Source: Peptostreptococcaceae bacterium | Lineage (GTDB): Bacteria > Bacillota > Clostridia > Peptostreptococcales > BM714 | Direction of reading: 5' to 3' | Assembly: GCA_016649995.1 (NCBI GenBank) | Contig: JAENWJ010000004.1 | Location: 1-62,953 of the forward strand | DNA: 62,953 nt | Shown here: positions 51,287 to 62,953 of the stretch, in pieces | How the letters are laid out: every line of letters begins with the position of its first letter | Position numbering within the stretch: the first letter of the stretch is position 1 | Notes under the pieces: model-generated | Told to the model about the DNA's origin: nothing | Seen by the model: the letters and a program-made list of their open reading frames with translations, nothing else | The model's database searches: none | Position numbers and translations under genes: made by a program

Positions 51287-51936
51287 TAGGAATTACCCTT
51301 CAATGCTTCTCCAATATCAGTTGCAACTTTTGCTATGTCCTGCTTTCCATCAATATCAATCAAGATGCCCTGCTTCGAATAATATTCAATCAAAGGCTGG
51401 GTCTGATCCAAATAAACCTGTATGCGCTTTGAAACAGTCTCTTCGTTGTCATCGCTTCTTTGATACAGTTCCCCTCCGCAAAGATCGCAAACTCCATCTT
51501 TGGCGGATGGGTTGAATTCCACATGATAAGTGGCTCCACAGCCTCGGCAGATTCTTCTGCCTACGGCTCTTCCAATCAAAATGTTTTTATCGACTTCAAT
51601 ATTGACAACATTGTCCATGCTGACATTCATGCGACCGAGCACTTCGTCAAGCTCTTTAGCCTGAACAAACGTTCTTGGAAATCCATCAAGCAGAAATCCC
51701 TCTTCGCAATCTTTTACTTTGAGTCTGTCTTCCACGATTTCAACTACCAGTTCATCCGGAACAAGAAGCCCCTTATCCATAAAGTTTTTGGCTCTTACAC
51801 CTAGTTCCGTACCTTCTTTAAGGTTTTTTCTGAAGATATCTCCTGTAGAAATATGGGGGATACCAAAAGCCTTGACGATACCGACTGCCTGAGTTCCTTT
51901 TCCGGCCCCAGGAGGTCCTAAAAGTATCAATCTCAT
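51286..51936 (-). CDS. adk: Adenylate kinase
   Basis: [18 protein letters not shown], Zn lid. Confidence 0.98.
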   Translation of the reverse strand: MRLILLGPPGAGKGTQAVGIVKAFGIPHISTGDIFRKNLKEGTELGVRAKNFMDKGLLVPDELVVEIVEDRLKVKDCEEGFLLDGFPRTFVQAKELDEVLGRMNVSMDNVVNIEVDKNILIGRAVGRRICRGCGATYHVEFNPSAKDGVCDLCGGELYQRSDDNEETVSKRIQVYLDQTQPLIEYYSKQGILIDIDGKQDIAKVATDIGEALKGNS

Positions 51937-51957
51937 ATTAACCCCTCCAATACGATA

Positions 51958-53232
51958 TTATTTAAGAAAACCTTGGTAATGCCTCATAACCATCTGCGCC
52001 TCTATTTGTTTCATGGTCTCAAGTGAAACCCCTACCGCAATCAAGAGTGCTGTTCCCCCGAATCTGAAATCAATGCTAGTGAAGTTCAAGATAAGGGTCG
52101 GCAAAACGGCTATCATTGCCAGGAAAAATGCTCCTGCCAAGGTTATTTTGTTTAATGATTTTTGTAGATATTCGGCTGTTTTTTTCCCAGGTCTTATGCC
52201 GGGTATGAATCCGCCGTTCTTCTTCATATTATCTGCAACTTCAACAGGGTTGAAAGTAATAGCCGTGTAGAAGTATGTGAAAAATATAATCAGAAGAGCA
52301 TAAAGCAAATTGTAAAAATAGATGCCGGGACTTCCAGTTGGGGAAAGGTATTTTGCAATAAAGTTGGCAAACCCTCCATCCGGGAAGAAATATGTGAGCG
52401 TCAGTGGGAATTGCAGCAGCGAAATTGCGAATATAACCGGGATAACCCCTGCTTGATTCACTTTAAGCGGTATATGAGTGCTTTGTCCGCCGTACATTTT
52501 TCTGCCCACAACACGCTTGGCATACTGTACCGGTATTTTTCTTGTTCCCTGTTGTATAGCAATTACTGCTGCTATTACGAAAAGCGCCAACACAGCAAAT
52601 ATGATCAATGGAAGAACCGATATTTCTCCGGCCGAAACCTTTTGAAAGGTCTGGCTGATTCCAAGCGGAACTCTTGAAATGATCCCTGCAAATATTATCA
52701 AGGATATTCCATTGCCTATTCCATTCTCTGTGATTTGCTCCCCGAGCCACATCAAGAAAGCCGTTCCTGCCGTAAGTGTGATTATTACAGTAGCCACTGC
52801 CCAGAAATCAGTTGATATAAGCGCTCTTCTAAAGAGACCTATGCTAATTCCTGTTGCCTGAATGACCGCCAAAACAACTGTCCCATAACGTGTAAACTGA
52901 GCAATTTTTTTTCTGCCCTCTTCACCTTCCTTGGCTAAAGCTTCAAGCCTAGGAATTGCAATGGTCAAAAGTTGCATTATGATTGACGATGTAATGTATG
53001 GTGTAATACTAAGTGCAAATATGGTAAAATTCTTAAACGCTCCACCTGACATGAAGTTAAAGAAATTAAGGAGTCCCCCGTCCGACGCAAAGAACTGATT
53101 CAATATTTCTCTATCAATTCCAGGTACTGGGATGGATGTCCCTAATCTAAAAATGGCGAACATCATCAGTGTAAACAATATCCTCTTTTTAAGATCCGGA
53201 ATCTTCCAGGCATTCCTTAAGGTACGGAGCAT
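51958..53232 (-). CDS. secY: Preprotein translocase SecY
   Basis: PYITSSII.QLL, WLGEQIT..GIGNG, IPGIRPG. Confidence 0.98.
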   Translation of the reverse strand: MLRTLRNAWKIPDLKKRILFTLMMFAIFRLGTSIPVPGIDREILNQFFASDGGLLNFFNFMSGGAFKNFTIFALSITPYITSSIIMQLLTIAIPRLEALAKEGEEGRKKIAQFTRYGTVVLAVIQATGISIGLFRRALISTDFWAVATVIITLTAGTAFLMWLGEQITENGIGNGISLIIFAGIISRVPLGISQTFQKVSAGEISVLPLIIFAVLALFVIAAVIAIQQGTRKIPVQYAKRVVGRKMYGGQSTHIPLKVNQAGVIPVIFAISLLQFPLTLTYFFPDGGFANFIAKYLSPTGSPGIYFYNLLYALLIIFFTYFYTAITFNPVEVADNMKKNGGFIPGIRPGKKTAEYLQKSLNKITLAGAFFLAMIAVLPTLILNFTSIDFRFGGTALLIAVGVSLETMKQIEAQMVMRHYQGFLK

Positions 53233-53672
53233 TAAATCACCTCTGCCTTTCCGCCAGCTGCTTCAATTTTTTCTTGAGCAGACTTTGTGAATTGGTTAGC
53301 TTTTACTGTCAGCTTCTTTTCAATTTCACCATTTCCAAGAATTTTTACGCCTTCATTCAATTTTTTGATCAAACCGCTTTCTAAAAGAATTGCCGGTGTG
53401 ATTTCTGCGTTGTCTTCGAATCTATTTAAATCTTCAATGTTTACTATTGACCAAACCTTTTTGAAAATATTGGTGAATCCCCTCTTGGGAAGTCTCCTAT
53501 AAAGAGGCATTTGGCCTCCCTCAAAACCGGGTCTTGTACCTCCGCCCGATCTGGCGTTTTGTCCGTTAGCGCCTCTTCCGGAAGTTTCTCCCTGCCCGCT
53601 CGCAGTTCCTCTTCCAAGTCGCTTTCTATTTCTAACTGCACCTTTTGCAGGTTTCAACTCATGAAGTTTCAT
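53232..53672 (-). CDS. rplO: 50S ribosomal protein L15
   Basis: [18 protein letters not shown]. Confidence 0.98.
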   Translation of the reverse strand: MKLHELKPAKGAVRNRKRLGRGTASGQGETSGRGANGQNARSGGGTRPGFEGGQMPLYRRLPKRGFTNIFKKVWSIVNIEDLNRFEDNAEITPAILLESGLIKKLNEGVKILGNGEIEKKLTVKANQFTKSAQEKIEAAGGKAEVI

Positions 53673-53690
53673 GGCTACACCTCCTCCAAC

Positions 53691-53873
53691 TTATATTTCT
53701 TCAACTTCAAGTAAATGTTCAACTTTCCTGATCATGCCTCTTATTTGAGAGTTGTCATCTTTTTCAATGACTTGTCCGATTTTTCTGAGTCCCAAAGCTT
53801 TGACATTTTTACGATGATTCGGCTTTGAGGCTATTGTGCTTTTAATAAGTTTTATTTTCAACATATTAGCCAA
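53691..53873 (-). CDS. rpmD: 50S ribosomal protein L30
   Basis: ALGLRKIG...IRGMI..V.HL; operon position. Confidence 0.95.
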   Translation of the reverse strand: MANMLKIKLIKSTIASKPNHRKNVKALGLRKIGQVIEKDDNSQIRGMIRKVEHLLEVEEI

Positions 53874-53885
53874 GGTTGTTCCCCC

Positions 53886-54392
53886 CTAACCTCTAATTTC
53901 TTCAACAGATTTTCCTCTGAGTTTTGCAACAATTTCAACAGTTTTCATGCTCATAAGTCCTTGCATAGTAGCATTAACCATGTTTTGCGGATTATTGCTT
54001 CCAAGAGACTTAGCTCTTACATCCTTGATTCCAGCCAATTCCAATACCGCACGCACAGGTCCTCCGGCAATAACTCCGGTACCCTCTTTTGCCGGCATTA
54101 TAAGGACTTTGCCTGCGCCAAACCTTCCTCTAATTTGATGAGGTATGGTAGTTCCGACTCTGGAAACAGTTACGACATTTTTTGTGGCGGCTTGAATTGC
54201 CTTTCTTATTGCCTCTGGCACTTCAAGTGCTTTCCCAGTACCAATTCCAACATGGCCGTTCTCGTCTCCTACGACCACAAGTGCACTGAATCTAAAATTT
54301 CGTCCGCCTTTTACAACCTTTGTTACACGATTGATATTTATAACTTGCTCTTTTAAATCAAGCTTGCTTACATCAATTTTTTCTCCGAGCAT
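53886..54392 (-). CDS. rpsE: 30S ribosomal protein S5
   Basis: [18 protein letters not shown]. Confidence 0.98.
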   Translation of the reverse strand: MLGEKIDVSKLDLKEQVININRVTKVVKGGRNFRFSALVVVGDENGHVGIGTGKALEVPEAIRKAIQAATKNVVTVSRVGTTIPHQIRGRFGAGKVLIMPAKEGTGVIAGGPVRAVLELAGIKDVRAKSLGSNNPQNMVNATMQGLMSMKTVEIVAKLRGKSVEEIRG

Positions 54393-54409
54393 AACCTAAC
54401 CTCCTTTAC

Positions 54410-54778
54410 CTAAAATTTAAGTCCGGCTTCTCTTGCGCCTTCAGCCAATGCTTTAACTCGGCCGTGGTAGATGTATCCGCCTCTGTCAAAAACAACACAT
54501 TCGATGCCTTTTTCCAAAGCTTTTTTAGCTACCATTTTGCCAACTTCTCTTGCGCCTTCCTTGTTTCCACCATTCGTTATGTTTTCAGAAGCATCTTTTT
54601 CGAGAGATGAAGCCGATACAAGTGTTATTCCTTCTGCATCGTCAATCACTTGTGCATAAATATTCTTAGAACTTCTGAATACATTCAAACGGGGCATTCC
54701 AGGAGTTCCGACGATTTTATTTCTCATTCGAAGATGACGCTTTTTTCTTTTTTCATTCTTGCTTAGCTTTTTAATCAT
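54410..54778 (-). CDS. rplR: 50S ribosomal protein L18
   Basis: [19 protein letters not shown]. Confidence 0.98.
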   Translation of the reverse strand: MIKKLSKNEKRKKRHLRMRNKIVGTPGMPRLNVFRSSKNIYAQVIDDAEGITLVSASSLEKDASENITNGGNKEGAREVGKMVAKKALEKGIECVVFDRGGYIYHGRVKALAEGAREAGLKF

Positions 54779-54795
54779 CCGTTGTCACTCCCTTT

Positions 54796-55335
54796 CTACT
54801 TACCTGCTTTTCCTTCTTTACGTCTAACTTGCTCATTCTCATATCTTATGCCTTTTCCCTTGTAGGGTTCCGGCGGTCTGAGTCCTCTGATTATTGCAGC
54901 GTAGTTGCCCACGCGTTGCTTGCTGATTCCTTTTACCACTATTTCTGTTTGGTTGGGAACCTCAGTTGTGATGCCATCAGGATCTTCCATTTCCAAAGGA
55001 TGAGAAAAACCAAGATTGAAATCCAACGCTTTGCCTTTCTTGGCAACACGATATCCTACACCAATAATCTGCAGCTTCTTTTCATAGCCTTTAGTAACTC
55101 CGAGAACCATATTGTTTATCAAGGTTCTGCTGAGGCCATGAAGCGAACGGTTGATTTTAGTGTCGTTTAATCTTTTAACTGTCAATTCGTTTCCATCTAT
55201 GGCAATTTTCATTCTTTCACTTATTTTTTCACTTAATTCACCCAATGGGCCTTTTACTGTGACAAGATTGTTCTTGGCAATTTTTATTTCTACCCCACTG
55301 GGTACATCTATAGGCATTTTGCCGATTCTAGACAT
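54796..55335 (-). CDS. rplF: 50S ribosomal protein L6
   Basis: [15 protein letters not shown]. Confidence 0.98.
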   Translation of the reverse strand: MSRIGKMPIDVPSGVEIKIAKNNLVTVKGPLGELSEKISERMKIAIDGNELTVKRLNDTKINRSLHGLSRTLINNMVLGVTKGYEKKLQIIGVGYRVAKKGKALDFNLGFSHPLEMEDPDGITTEVPNQTEIVVKGISKQRVGNYAAIIRGLRPPEPYKGKGIRYENEQVRRKEGKAGK

Positions 55336-55364
55336 ACTTACACCTCCAATACTAAAAATTCATG

Positions 55365-55763
55365 CTACCAAACGTAGCAGATCACTTCGCCGCCTACGCC
55401 CATCTTTCTAGCATCCTTATCCGTTACGATGCCTTTAGATGTAGAAATGATTGCTATTCCTAATCCACCAAGCACTCTAGGCATTTCTTCGCCTTTTGTA
55501 TAGACTCTCAAACCCGGCTTTGAAATACGTTTGATGCCTGTGATAACTTTTTCCTTGTTGGGACCATACTTAAGTTGAACCCGGAGCACGCCCTGTTTGT
55601 CGTCCTCTATGACATTGTAGCCTCTAACATATCCCTCGTTTAAAAGGATTCCCGCAAGGGTTTTCTTCATGTTAGAAGACGGTATGTCAACAGTTTTATG
55701 ATTTGCTGAATTTGCATTTCTAATTCTAGTAAGCATATCAGCGATAGGATCAGTCATTGCCAT
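55365..55763 (-). CDS. rpsH: 30S ribosomal protein S8
   Basis: [21 protein letters not shown]. Confidence 0.98.
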   Translation of the reverse strand: MAMTDPIADMLTRIRNANSANHKTVDIPSSNMKKTLAGILLNEGYVRGYNVIEDDKQGVLRVQLKYGPNKEKVITGIKRISKPGLRVYTKGEEMPRVLGGLGIAIISTSKGIVTDKDARKMGVGGEVICYVW

Positions 55764-55783
55764 GTTTTCTACCTCCCTTCTTT

Positions 55784-55969
55784 TTACCAGCTAGCCTTTT
55801 TGACTCCCGGTATTTGGCCTTTGTAAGCCAATTCTCTAAAACAAATACGACATATACCGAATTTTCTCAGATAAGCATGCGGTCTTCCGCATATTCTGCA
55901 TCTATTATATTCTCTTGTGGAGAATTTTGCTTTTCTTGATTGCTTAACTTTAAGAGATTTTTTCGCCAT
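55784..55969 (-). CDS. rpsZ: 30S ribosomal protein S14 type Z
   Basis: RCRICGR...CRICFRE; 61 aa. Confidence 0.97.
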   Translation of the reverse strand: MAKKSLKVKQSRKAKFSTREYNRCRICGRPHAYLRKFGICRICFRELAYKGQIPGVKKASW

Positions 55970-55982
55970 TTTTTCGCCTCCT

Positions 55983-56522
55983 TTAGTTGCTGAATGGCAT
56001 ACCCATCAGTTTGAGAAGTTCATAAGCCTCTTCATCAGTCTGGGCTGTCGTTACGAAAACGATATCCATTCCACGAACCTTGTCAATCTTGTCAAACTCA
56101 ATTTCCGGAAAAATGAGCTGTTCTTTAACGCCCATGGAATAATTTCCTCTTCCGTCGAAAGCACTCGTCTTAAGACCCCGAAAATCTCTTACCCTTGGAA
56201 GTGCAATGTTTACGAGTCTATCGAAAAACTCATACATCATTTCACCCCTGAGATCGACCTTAGTACCAATTGGCATTCCTTCACGCAATTTGAAATTTGC
56301 CACAGATTTTTTCGCTATCGTTATGACAGGTTTCTGCCCGGTTATTATGGATAATTCGTCGGCAGCCACATTTAATATCTTCGCGTTTTCCTTAGCATCT
56401 CCAACGCCCATGTTCACAACAATTTTTTCAAGCTTGGGAATTTCCATAACATTTTTGTATTTGAATTTTTCCATCAAGGCTTTTGCTGTTTCATTCTTGT
56501 ATTTTTCCTTTAGTCTAGCCAT
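55983..56522 (-). CDS. rplE: 50S ribosomal protein L5
   Basis: [18 protein letters not shown]. Confidence 0.98.
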   Translation of the reverse strand: MARLKEKYKNETAKALMEKFKYKNVMEIPKLEKIVVNMGVGDAKENAKILNVAADELSIITGQKPVITIAKKSVANFKLREGMPIGTKVDLRGEMMYEFFDRLVNIALPRVRDFRGLKTSAFDGRGNYSMGVKEQLIFPEIEFDKIDKVRGMDIVFVTTAQTDEEAYELLKLMGMPFSN

Positions 56523-56547
56523 GTTTAAGACCTCCTTTCACCATCAA

Positions 56548-56859
56548 TCAGTCAATCACTTCTCCAGTTTTGACCGAGATTCGTACTTTTTTACCGTCTT
56601 TGAGTCTCTTGCTGCCCACTCTTGTAGGTGCTTTTGCCTTTACATCGTAGAGCATTACATTAGACGCATGGATAGGCGCTTCCTGGTGAACTCTTCCACC
56701 TTGTTGAACCTTAGCTGAAGGCTTCTGATGCTTTGTCACCATATTGACAGCTTCTACTATAACTTTATCTGTTTTGGGAAAAGCCTGCAAAACTTTGCCT
56801 TGCTTGCCTTTGTCTTTTCCTGAAATAACGACAACAGTGTCATTTTTTTTGATATGCAT
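56548..56859 (-). CDS. rplX: 50S ribosomal protein L24
   Basis: [20 protein letters not shown]. Confidence 0.97.
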   Translation of the reverse strand: MHIKKNDTVVVISGKDKGKQGKVLQAFPKTDKVIVEAVNMVTKHQKPSAKVQQGGRVHQEAPIHASNVMLYDVKAKAPTRVGSKRLKDGKKVRISVKTGEVID

Positions 56860-56876
56860 TCCTTTCACCTCCTAGG

Positions 56877-57245
56877 TTAAAGCACTTCCGGAGCTAGCGA
56901 GACAATCTTCATATAGTTCTTTTCTCTCAATTCTCTTGCAACAGGTCCAAAAATACGTGTTCCAACGGGAGATTGGTCATCCTTAATGATTACTGCCGCA
57001 TTCTCGTCGAATTTTACCTTGACTCCATCATTTCTCTTAATACCTTTTTTAGTCCTTACAACGACAGCTTTAACTACATCGCCTTTCTTGACAACGCCAC
57101 CTGGTGTTGCTCTTTTAACGCTACAAACGATAACATCGCCAATGCTGGCATATCTTCTACCCGATCCGCCCAAAACTCGAATGCACAAAACTTCTTTTGC
57201 TCCAGAGTTATCTGCTACGATCAAACGTGATTCTTGTTGTATCAT
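56877..57245 (-). CDS. rplN: 50S ribosomal protein L14
   Basis: [22 protein letters not shown]. Confidence 0.98.
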   Translation of the reverse strand: MIQQESRLIVADNSGAKEVLCIRVLGGSGRRYASIGDVIVCSVKRATPGGVVKKGDVVKAVVVRTKKGIKRNDGVKVKFDENAAVIIKDDQSPVGTRIFGPVARELREKNYMKIVSLAPEVL

Positions 57246-57268
57246 CGGTTTCCCTCCTCTCGGAAAGT

Positions 57269-57523
57269 CTATTTAGCTTCCTCTATGATTTGTACGAGTC
57301 TCCATCTTTTATCTTTACTTAAAGGCTTTGTTTCCATGATTCGCACTTTGTCGCCAATATTGCACTCATTGTTTTCATCATGGGCCTTGAATTTGTTTGT
57401 CTTCTTAACCGCTTTCTTATAAAGGGGATGACGAACGAAATCTTCAACTGCAACAACTATGGTCTTGTCCATCTTGTCGCTGACAACCTTGCCAACCCTT
57501 GTCTTTCTGCTGTTTCTTTCCAT
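57269..57523 (-). CDS. rpsQ: 30S ribosomal protein S17
   Basis: [17 protein letters not shown]. Confidence 0.98.
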   Translation of the reverse strand: MERNSRKTRVGKVVSDKMDKTIVVAVEDFVRHPLYKKAVKKTNKFKAHDENNECNIGDKVRIMETKPLSKDKRWRLVQIIEEAK

Positions 57524-57548
57524 GATGCAGACCTCCTTCCTTCATTTT

Positions 57549-57743
57549 CTATGCGTTCAATTCTTTTTCTTTTTGTATAGTTTTAACTCTTGCAATATCT
57601 TTCTTTACATACTTGATTTTTACAGGATTGTCCAACTGTCCAGTGGCTAATTGAAATCTCAAATTAAACAATTCGCTCTTCAAGTCATTGAATTGATTGT
57701 CCAATTCCTGCGATGTCATATCACGCAATTTTTTAGTTTTCAT
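57549..57743 (-). CDS. rpmC: 50S ribosomal protein L29
   Basis: [20 protein letters not shown]. Confidence 0.97.
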   Translation of the reverse strand: MKTKKLRDMTSQELDNQFNDLKSELFNLRFQLATGQLDNPVKIKYVKKDIARVKTIQKEKELNA

Positions 57744-58176
57744 TAGCTTCACCACCTTTTTCAGCCGCACTTTCCTTGCTTACAAACTTACATCTGATGG
57801 GCAATTTGTGAGCGGCCAATCTCAAAGCCTCTCTTGCGACTTCTTCGCTGACACCTGATAATTCAAACATTATTCTTCCCGGCTTTACAACCGCAACCCA
57901 GTATTCTGGAGAACCTTTACCGGCTCCCATACGGGTTTCTGCTGGCTTTTGAGTAACAGGTTTGTGTGGGAAAATCTTAATCCAAACCTTTCCGCCTCTC
58001 TTCATATATCTTGTCATGGCGATACGCGCGGCTTCTATTTGATTAGAAGTTATCCATGCTGGCTCCATGGCCATCAAACCGTATTCGCCGTATGAAATAG
58101 TGTTACCTTTATTGGCTTTGCCTTTCATTCTGCCTCTAAAAACTTTACGTCGCTTGACTCGTTTAGGCATTAACAT
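57733..58176 (-). CDS. rplP: 50S ribosomal protein L16
   Basis: [15 protein letters not shown]. Confidence 0.98.
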   Translation of the reverse strand: MLMPKRVKRRKVFRGRMKGKANKGNTISYGEYGLMAMEPAWITSNQIEAARIAMTRYMKRGGKVWIKIFPHKPVTQKPAETRMGAGKGSPEYWVAVVKPGRIMFELSGVSEEVAREALRLAAHKLPIRCKFVSKESAAEKGGEANEN

Positions 58177-58205
58177 GGTGCTTTCCTCCTTCCCATTTGC
58201 TGCTC

Positions 58206-58922
58206 TTAATTGCTACTTTTTCTCGGTCTTCTTGTTTTTTTCCTAGGCGGTCTCTTGCTATTTTTATCGACCACTTCATCCTGAGCCATTCCTTGAAGAA
58301 TCTCGCCCTTGTTGATCCATACCTTGACTCCGATTTTGCCGTATGTTGTGTTGGCTTCTGCAAAGCCGTATTCAATGTTAGCTCTAAGAGTCTGCAGCGG
58401 CACATTGCCTAGGCTATAATTTTCTGTTCTGGCGATTTCTGCTCCACCCAAACGTCCTGAAACCATAATCTTGATGCCTTGAACTCCCGATTTCATAGCT
58501 CTGCCCATGGCCTGCTTCATTGCCCGTCTGAAGGAAACCCTTCTTTCAAGCGAAAACGCAACACCTTCAGCTACCAACTGAGCATTTCTATCAGGTCTTG
58601 CAACTTCAGAAATATCAATATACACCGTTTTGCCAGTCAATTTCTCTAAATCCTTCTTGAGGGCTTCAATCAACTCTCCGCCTCTTCCGACAACCATGCC
58701 GGGTTTTGAAGTGAAAATATTTATATTGACTTTATTGTTGGCTTTCCTCGCAATTGCAATCTTTGCGATTCCAGATGTATATAGTTTTGTCTTTACAAAC
58801 TCCCTGATCTGATAGTCTTCAACTAAAAGGTCGGCGAAATTTTTCTTGTTTGCGTACCATTTAGAGTCCCAATCCTTGATGATTCCGACTCTTAAACCGT
58901 GCGGATTAACTTTTTGACCCAT
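58206..58922 (-). CDS. rpsC: 30S ribosomal protein S3
   Basis: [24 protein letters not shown]. Confidence 0.98.
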   Translation of the reverse strand: MGQKVNPHGLRVGIIKDWDSKWYANKKNFADLLVEDYQIREFVKTKLYTSGIAKIAIARKANNKVNINIFTSKPGMVVGRGGELIEALKKDLEKLTGKTVYIDISEVARPDRNAQLVAEGVAFSLERRVSFRRAMKQAMGRAMKSGVQGIKIMVSGRLGGAEIARTENYSLGNVPLQTLRANIEYGFAEANTTYGKIGVKVWINKGEILQGMAQDEVVDKNSKRPPRKKTRRPRKSSN

Positions 58923-58936
58923 GCTTTCCCCTCCTT

Positions 58937-59272
58937 TTACGCTTTTTCTTTCAAAACAACACCGACATGACTAGTTCTTCTAAGAATCGGGTTTGCCCTA
59001 CCCATAGAACCGGCATTCCATCTTTTCATGTGCGGTCCCTTGTTCGCATAAATTTCTGCGATATAGAGCTTTTCCGAATCCATTTCATGATTGTTTTCAG
59101 CGTTGGCTTTGGCTGATTTTATTACACTTTCAAATACTCTTGCGCCTTTGTTAGGCGTAAATTTCAGTATCGCCAAGGCTTCATCTACGTTTTTTCCTCT
59201 CACCATAACGGCAATCGGCTGAATCTTTCTAAATGAAACTCTGACGTATTTAGCTATAGCTCTCGCTTCCAT
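58937..59272 (-). CDS. rplV: 50S ribosomal protein L22
   Basis: [13 protein letters not shown]. Confidence 0.97.
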   Translation of the reverse strand: MEARAIAKYVRVSFRKIQPIAVMVRGKNVDEALAILKFTPNKGARVFESVIKSAKANAENNHEMDSEKLYIAEIYANKGPHMKRWNAGSMGRANPILRRTSHVGVVLKEKA

Positions 59273-59305
59273 AGCAAAACCCTCCTTCCGATACTTTTTC
59301 TGATG

Positions 59306-59584
59306 CTACTTGACTTTGCTGCTTCTGTCCCCTGCGTGGCCTCTGAAAGTTCTTGTGGGTGCAAACTCTCCAAGCTTATGTCCTATCATATCTTCTGTGA
59401 CATAAACCGGCACATGTTTTCTGCCATCGTATACCGCAAGGGTATGTCCGATCATTTGAGGAAATATTGTCGATGCTCTCGACCATGTCTTAATTACGCG
59501 TTTTTCATTTTTATCGTTCATCTCTTCAATTCTTCTGAGGAGTTTCTGGTCAATAAAAGGTCCTTTTTTAAGAGATCTTCCCAT
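59306..59584 (-). CDS. rpsS: 30S ribosomal protein S19
   Basis: [19 protein letters not shown]. Confidence 0.98.
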   Translation of the reverse strand: MGRSLKKGPFIDQKLLRRIEEMNDKNEKRVIKTWSRASTIFPQMIGHTLAVYDGRKHVPVYVTEDMIGHKLGEFAPTRTFRGHAGDRSSKVK

Positions 59585-59640
59585 TTTTGGTGTTCCTCCC
59601 TTCGATGTATCTTTGATTATCTTCGTTAGACATTTTTATA

Positions 59641-60468
59641 TTATTTTTTCCTTTTGACAATTTGCTTATCAGAGGCTTTTCCTTTTTTACGGGTTTTGTA
59701 ACCTAATGCAGGTTTGCCCCAAGGAGTCATTGGCGACGGTCTTCCAATCGGAGCACGCCCTTCTCCACCACCATGAGGGTGATCGTTCGGGTTCATTACC
59801 GATCCTCTTACTGTCGGGCGGATGCCCATATGCCTCGTTTTGCCAGCTTTACCAATATTCAGGTTTTCGTGGTCAATGTTTCCAACCTGGCCAATGGTTG
59901 CGCGGCATTCAATGCGAACTTTTCTTACCTCTCCGGATGGCAATCTAACCAAAGCATATTTGCCTTCCTTTGCCATAAGTTGAGCCGAGTTGCCTGCGGA
60001 CCTTACCATCTGTCCGCCTTTTCCAGGCTTCATTTCGATGTTGTGAATCGTGGTACCCAACGGAATATTGCCCATCTCCATTGCGTTGCCCGGTTTTATG
60101 TCAGCGTTATTGCCGCTCATAACCTTGTCGCCCACCTTGATCTTGTGTGGAGCAAGTATATAACTTTTTTCGCCATCGGCATAAGCCAAAAGTACAATGT
60201 TGGCGGAACGATTGGGGTCATACTCTATCGCCTCAACCTTCGCCGGAACATCATCCTTCAAACGTTTGAAGTCTATGATTCTGTATTTTATTTTTGCACC
60301 GCCGCCTCTATGGCGAACAGTTATTTTACCCTGATTGTTTCTTCCGGAATGCTTTTTCAAGGTTACAACCAAAGACTTTTCAGGCTTCTTCTTGGTTATA
60401 TCCTCGAAGGTTGAAACTGTCATTTGTCTCAATCCAGGAGAAGTGGGTCTGAAACTCTTGATTCCCAT
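59641..60468 (-). CDS. rplB: 50S ribosomal protein L2
   Basis: [21 protein letters not shown]. Confidence 0.99.
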   Translation of the reverse strand: MGIKSFRPTSPGLRQMTVSTFEDITKKKPEKSLVVTLKKHSGRNNQGKITVRHRGGGAKIKYRIIDFKRLKDDVPAKVEAIEYDPNRSANIVLLAYADGEKSYILAPHKIKVGDKVMSGNNADIKPGNAMEMGNIPLGTTIHNIEMKPGKGGQMVRSAGNSAQLMAKEGKYALVRLPSGEVRKVRIECRATIGQVGNIDHENLNIGKAGKTRHMGIRPTVRGSVMNPNDHPHGGGEGRAPIGRPSPMTPWGKPALGYKTRKKGKASDKQIVKRKK

Positions 60469-60500
60469 GGCTTCTTACCTCCTTTTGCTATAAAGTCCTT

Positions 60501-60791
60501 TTATAAGCCTTCGAAAAATTCGATTTCTTTGCTGTCCTCAGTCAATTTGATTATGGCTTTTTTCCAATCGGAACGTTTTCCGACGAATTTGCCCATGCGC
60601 TTGACTTTTCCAGTCATGTTCATGGTGCTTACCCTATCGACCTTGACCCCGAAAATTTCCTCTACGGCCTGTTTGATTTGTGTTTTATTTGCTCTTTTAT
60701 CAACCTTGAAGGTATACTTTTTCTCTGACATACCTTCCATGCTACGCTCTGTAACAATAGGCTTAAAAATTATATCGTAAGGTGTTCTCAT
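60501..60791 (-). CDS. rplW: 50S ribosomal protein L23
   Basis: ANKTQIK.AVE..F, WKKAI. Confidence 0.97.
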   Translation of the reverse strand: MRTPYDIIFKPIVTERSMEGMSEKKYTFKVDKRANKTQIKQAVEEIFGVKVDRVSTMNMTGKVKRMGKFVGKRSDWKKAIIKLTEDSKEIEFFEGL

Positions 60792-61414
60792 TATGCATAC
60801 ACCTCCTCAATTTTTTTTGCTGCCTCTTTTGTAATGATGCAAGAGTTGCTGTTTAATATCTCATAAATATTCATTCTTCCAACATAGGTAGTTTGCACTC
60901 CCGGAATGTTGGCGGATGATTTTATAACATTTGCGTTCATATCGTCAGTGATAATGATCGGTTTGCTTCCCGCTTTCAAATTTGCAAGGATGCTAATCAT
61001 TTCTTTTGTCTTTGGAGCTTCAAGCATCAATTCATCCAAGATTATAAGCTCATTAAGAGCCACTTTCGATGTAAGCGCCGATTTCATGGCTACCCTTTTC
61101 ATTTTCTTGGGAATCTTATAACTGTAGTCCCTCGGTTTCGGTGCAAATACTACTCCTCCACCAACCCAGTTTGGTTGACGTGTACTTCCAGCTCTCGCTC
61201 TGCCAGTTCCTTTTTGCTTCCAAGGTTTGCGGCCTCCGCCCCTAACCTCTGCTCTGGTTTTAGCTGATTGCGTTCCCTGTCTTTGGTTGGCTAAATAGTT
61301 CTTTACGGCCTCGTAAAGTACGTGTTCATTTATTTCCGCTCCGAAAACGTTTTCATTCAGTTCTATTTCATCGACTTTTTGTCCAGAAACATTCAATATA
61401 TCCAATTTAGGCAC
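60791..61414 (-). CDS. rplD: 50S ribosomal protein L4
   Basis: [25 protein letters not shown] start. Confidence 0.97.
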   Translation of the reverse strand: MPKLDILNVSGQKVDEIELNENVFGAEINEHVLYEAVKNYLANQRQGTQSAKTRAEVRGGGRKPWKQKGTGRARAGSTRQPNWVGGGVVFAPKPRDYSYKIPKKMKRVAMKSALTSKVALNELIILDELMLEAPKTKEMISILANLKAGSKPIIITDDMNANVIKSSANIPGVQTTYVGRMNIYEILNSNSCIITKEAAKKIEEVYA

Positions 61415-61444
61415 TTTAAACCCTCCTTTCTTCAAGAATAGGCA

Positions 61445-62077
61445 CTATCTGCCATTCTTTACACTTTCTTTGATTGTTATGATGCCTTTCTTGGGTCCGG
61501 GTACCGCACCCTTTACAAGCAAAAGGTTCCTGTCCATGTCCACTCTTACAACTTGCAGGTTCTTTACAGTTACTTGCTCGTTGCCCATTCTTCCGGCCAT
61601 GTGCATTCCCTTGAATACTCTTGACGGAGAGGCTGAAGACCCCAATGATCCCGCTGCTCTGTGAAACTTGGAACCGTGAGATTTAGGCCCTATGCTTTGA
61701 TTGTATCTCTTTATGGTACCTTGCGTTCCCTTACCTTTTGAAATACCCGATACATTGATGAAGTCTCCCTCTTTGAATGTATCAACGCTTATTACTTGTC
61801 CAACCTCATACTCGGAAGCATTGTCGACTCTGAATTCCACAAGGTTTCTCTTGGCGTCAACGCCGGCTTTGCCATAGTGGCCCTTCATCGGCTTTTTAAC
61901 TTTTGATTCTTTGATATCTCCGAATCCGATTTGAATTGCTTCGTATCCATCAGTATCCGTTGTCTTTACTTGAACTACTACCATCGGAGTCGCTTCGATA
62001 ACCGATACCGGCACCAATCGTCCATCTTCCTTAAAGACTTGCGTCATCCCGATTTTTCTTCCTAAAATTCCCTTCAT
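61445..62077 (-). CDS. rplC: 50S ribosomal protein L3
   Basis: [19 protein letters not shown]. Confidence 0.98.
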   Translation of the reverse strand: MKGILGRKIGMTQVFKEDGRLVPVSVIEATPMVVVQVKTTDTDGYEAIQIGFGDIKESKVKKPMKGHYGKAGVDAKRNLVEFRVDNASEYEVGQVISVDTFKEGDFINVSGISKGKGTQGTIKRYNQSIGPKSHGSKFHRAAGSLGSSASPSRVFKGMHMAGRMGNEQVTVKNLQVVRVDMDRNLLLVKGAVPGPKKGIITIKESVKNGR

Positions 62078-62166
62078 ACTTGCACCTCCCATTAATCTTA
62101 CAGCGGATTGCCGTAGCAATCGTACTAAAACATTGGGTTAAATAACCTGTATCTTAGTCGTTGCAA

Positions 62167-62484
62167 TTATAGTTTGATTTCGATGTCCACGCCAGCCGGA
62201 AGATCCAATCTCATTAGTGCATCTACAGTTTTAGGCGTGGGGCTCAAAATATCAATCAGTCTCTTATGTGTTCTCATTTCGAACTGTTCCCTCGAATCCT
62301 TGTACTTGTGTACCGCTCTCAAGATGGTCACAATCTGCTTTTCAGTCGGAAGAGGCACTGGTCCGGAGACCTCAGCTCCTGTTCTTTTAGCAGTTTCCAC
62401 TATCTTTGAAGCAGATTGGTCAAGAATCTTATGGTCATAAGATTTTAATCTGATTCTGATTTTTTGGCTTGTTGAATTTGCCAT
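62167..62484 (-). CDS. rpsJ: 30S ribosomal protein S10
   Basis: [24 protein letters not shown]. Confidence 0.98.
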   Translation of the reverse strand: MANSTSQKIRIRLKSYDHKILDQSASKIVETAKRTGAEVSGPVPLPTEKQIVTILRAVHKYKDSREQFEMRTHKRLIDILSPTPKTVDALMRLDLPAGVDIEIKL

Positions 62485-62489
62485 GTTTT

Positions 62490-62680
62490 TCCCTCCTTTT
62501 TTCATCGTACGCTTAGTTAACGTACAACCGGACATTGTAAACTTTGCCGGGTGTGTCGCGGCTTTTTTTTAATAAAAAGCACATTTACACGTCCTGTCGC
62601 CCGATTCTTGAACGGACATTCTCCATGAAAATTCCCCCAGCTAAGCCGGCAACCTTCCATTTCATCGCAGTCCTTACACA
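62490..62680 (-). ncRNA. S10 operon leader (structured 5' UTR)
   Basis: GATGAAATGGAAGGTTGCC...TTTTCATGGAG and GACACACCCGG blocks typical of Firmicute rpsJ leaders; promoter TTGAAA...TATAAT upstream. Confidence 0.6.
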
Positions 62681-62766
62681 CCATAGTATTATACTCCCTA
62701 CATGTTCATTTTTCAAGTGTTTTGTGAAATGTTTTTATTCTTTAGTTCATTTACTTCGATGTGACA

Positions 62767-62802
62767 AAAAAACCGGGAGAATTCTGTCTTATCTCCCGGT
62801 TT
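62767..62802 (-). terminator. tuf terminator
   Basis: AAACCGGGAGA...TCTCCCGGTTT plus U-tract. Confidence 0.85.
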
Positions 62803-62811
62803 AACCTTTGA

Positions 62812-62953
62812 CTATTCGATTATTGTTGCTACCGCGCCTGCTCCTACTGTTCTTCCGCCTTCTCTTATGGCGAATCGGAGGCCTTCTTCGATGGCTATCG
62901 GAGTGATAAGTTCAATCGTCATCTCGATGTTGTCTCCAGGCATGCACATTTCA
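62812..62953 (-). CDS. tuf: Elongation factor Tu, 3' end (partial)
   Basis: [46 protein letters not shown]. Confidence 0.97.
   Translation of the reverse strand, partial: EMCMPGDNIEMTIELITPIAIEEGLRFAIREGGRTVGAGAVATIIE

Overview
A ~63 kb chromosomal segment from an anaerobic low-GC Firmicute. Gene order, rpsD inside the alpha operon and selenoprotein use suggest Clostridia, probably Peptostreptococcales-like (inference). Most genes are on the minus strand. Left end: mobile-element debris (an IS5-family transposase start inserted into a decayed tyrosine recombinase, an orphan M48/YgjP peptidase, a truncated response regulator). It is followed by a DUF134-NifB/NifX-twin Fe-S P-loop ATPase operon, an Fe-alcohol dehydrogenase, a lipoprotein barnase/barstar pair, 12 tRNAs, class III RNR (nrdDG), an NrdH-like redoxin and an NSS transporter. 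Next come the his operon, cyclophilin, lysine 2,3-aminomutase, LexA-controlled dinB plus a small partner gene, dfx-ftn-rbr, a polar amino-acid ABC transporter and the AmmeMemoRadiSam genes. The right end holds rplM-rpsI, truA, ecfAAT and the S10-spc-alpha cluster up to the 3' end of tuf. Features missed by the ORF track: (1) a UGA-containing HesB-like selenoprotein with a SECIS-like hairpin and a CsoR-like operator, upstream of the redoxin and an MCCR-type NrdD; (2) a dense DnaA-box cluster with an NrdR-like box inside the AmmeMemoRadiSam locus; (3) a twice-repeated ~200-bp nested-hairpin element flanked by 7-mer tandem repeats; (4) SigB-like promoters shared by several loci; (5) tag and integrase pseudogene fragments, and rpmJ. 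All calls come from reading motifs by eye; no database searches were run.
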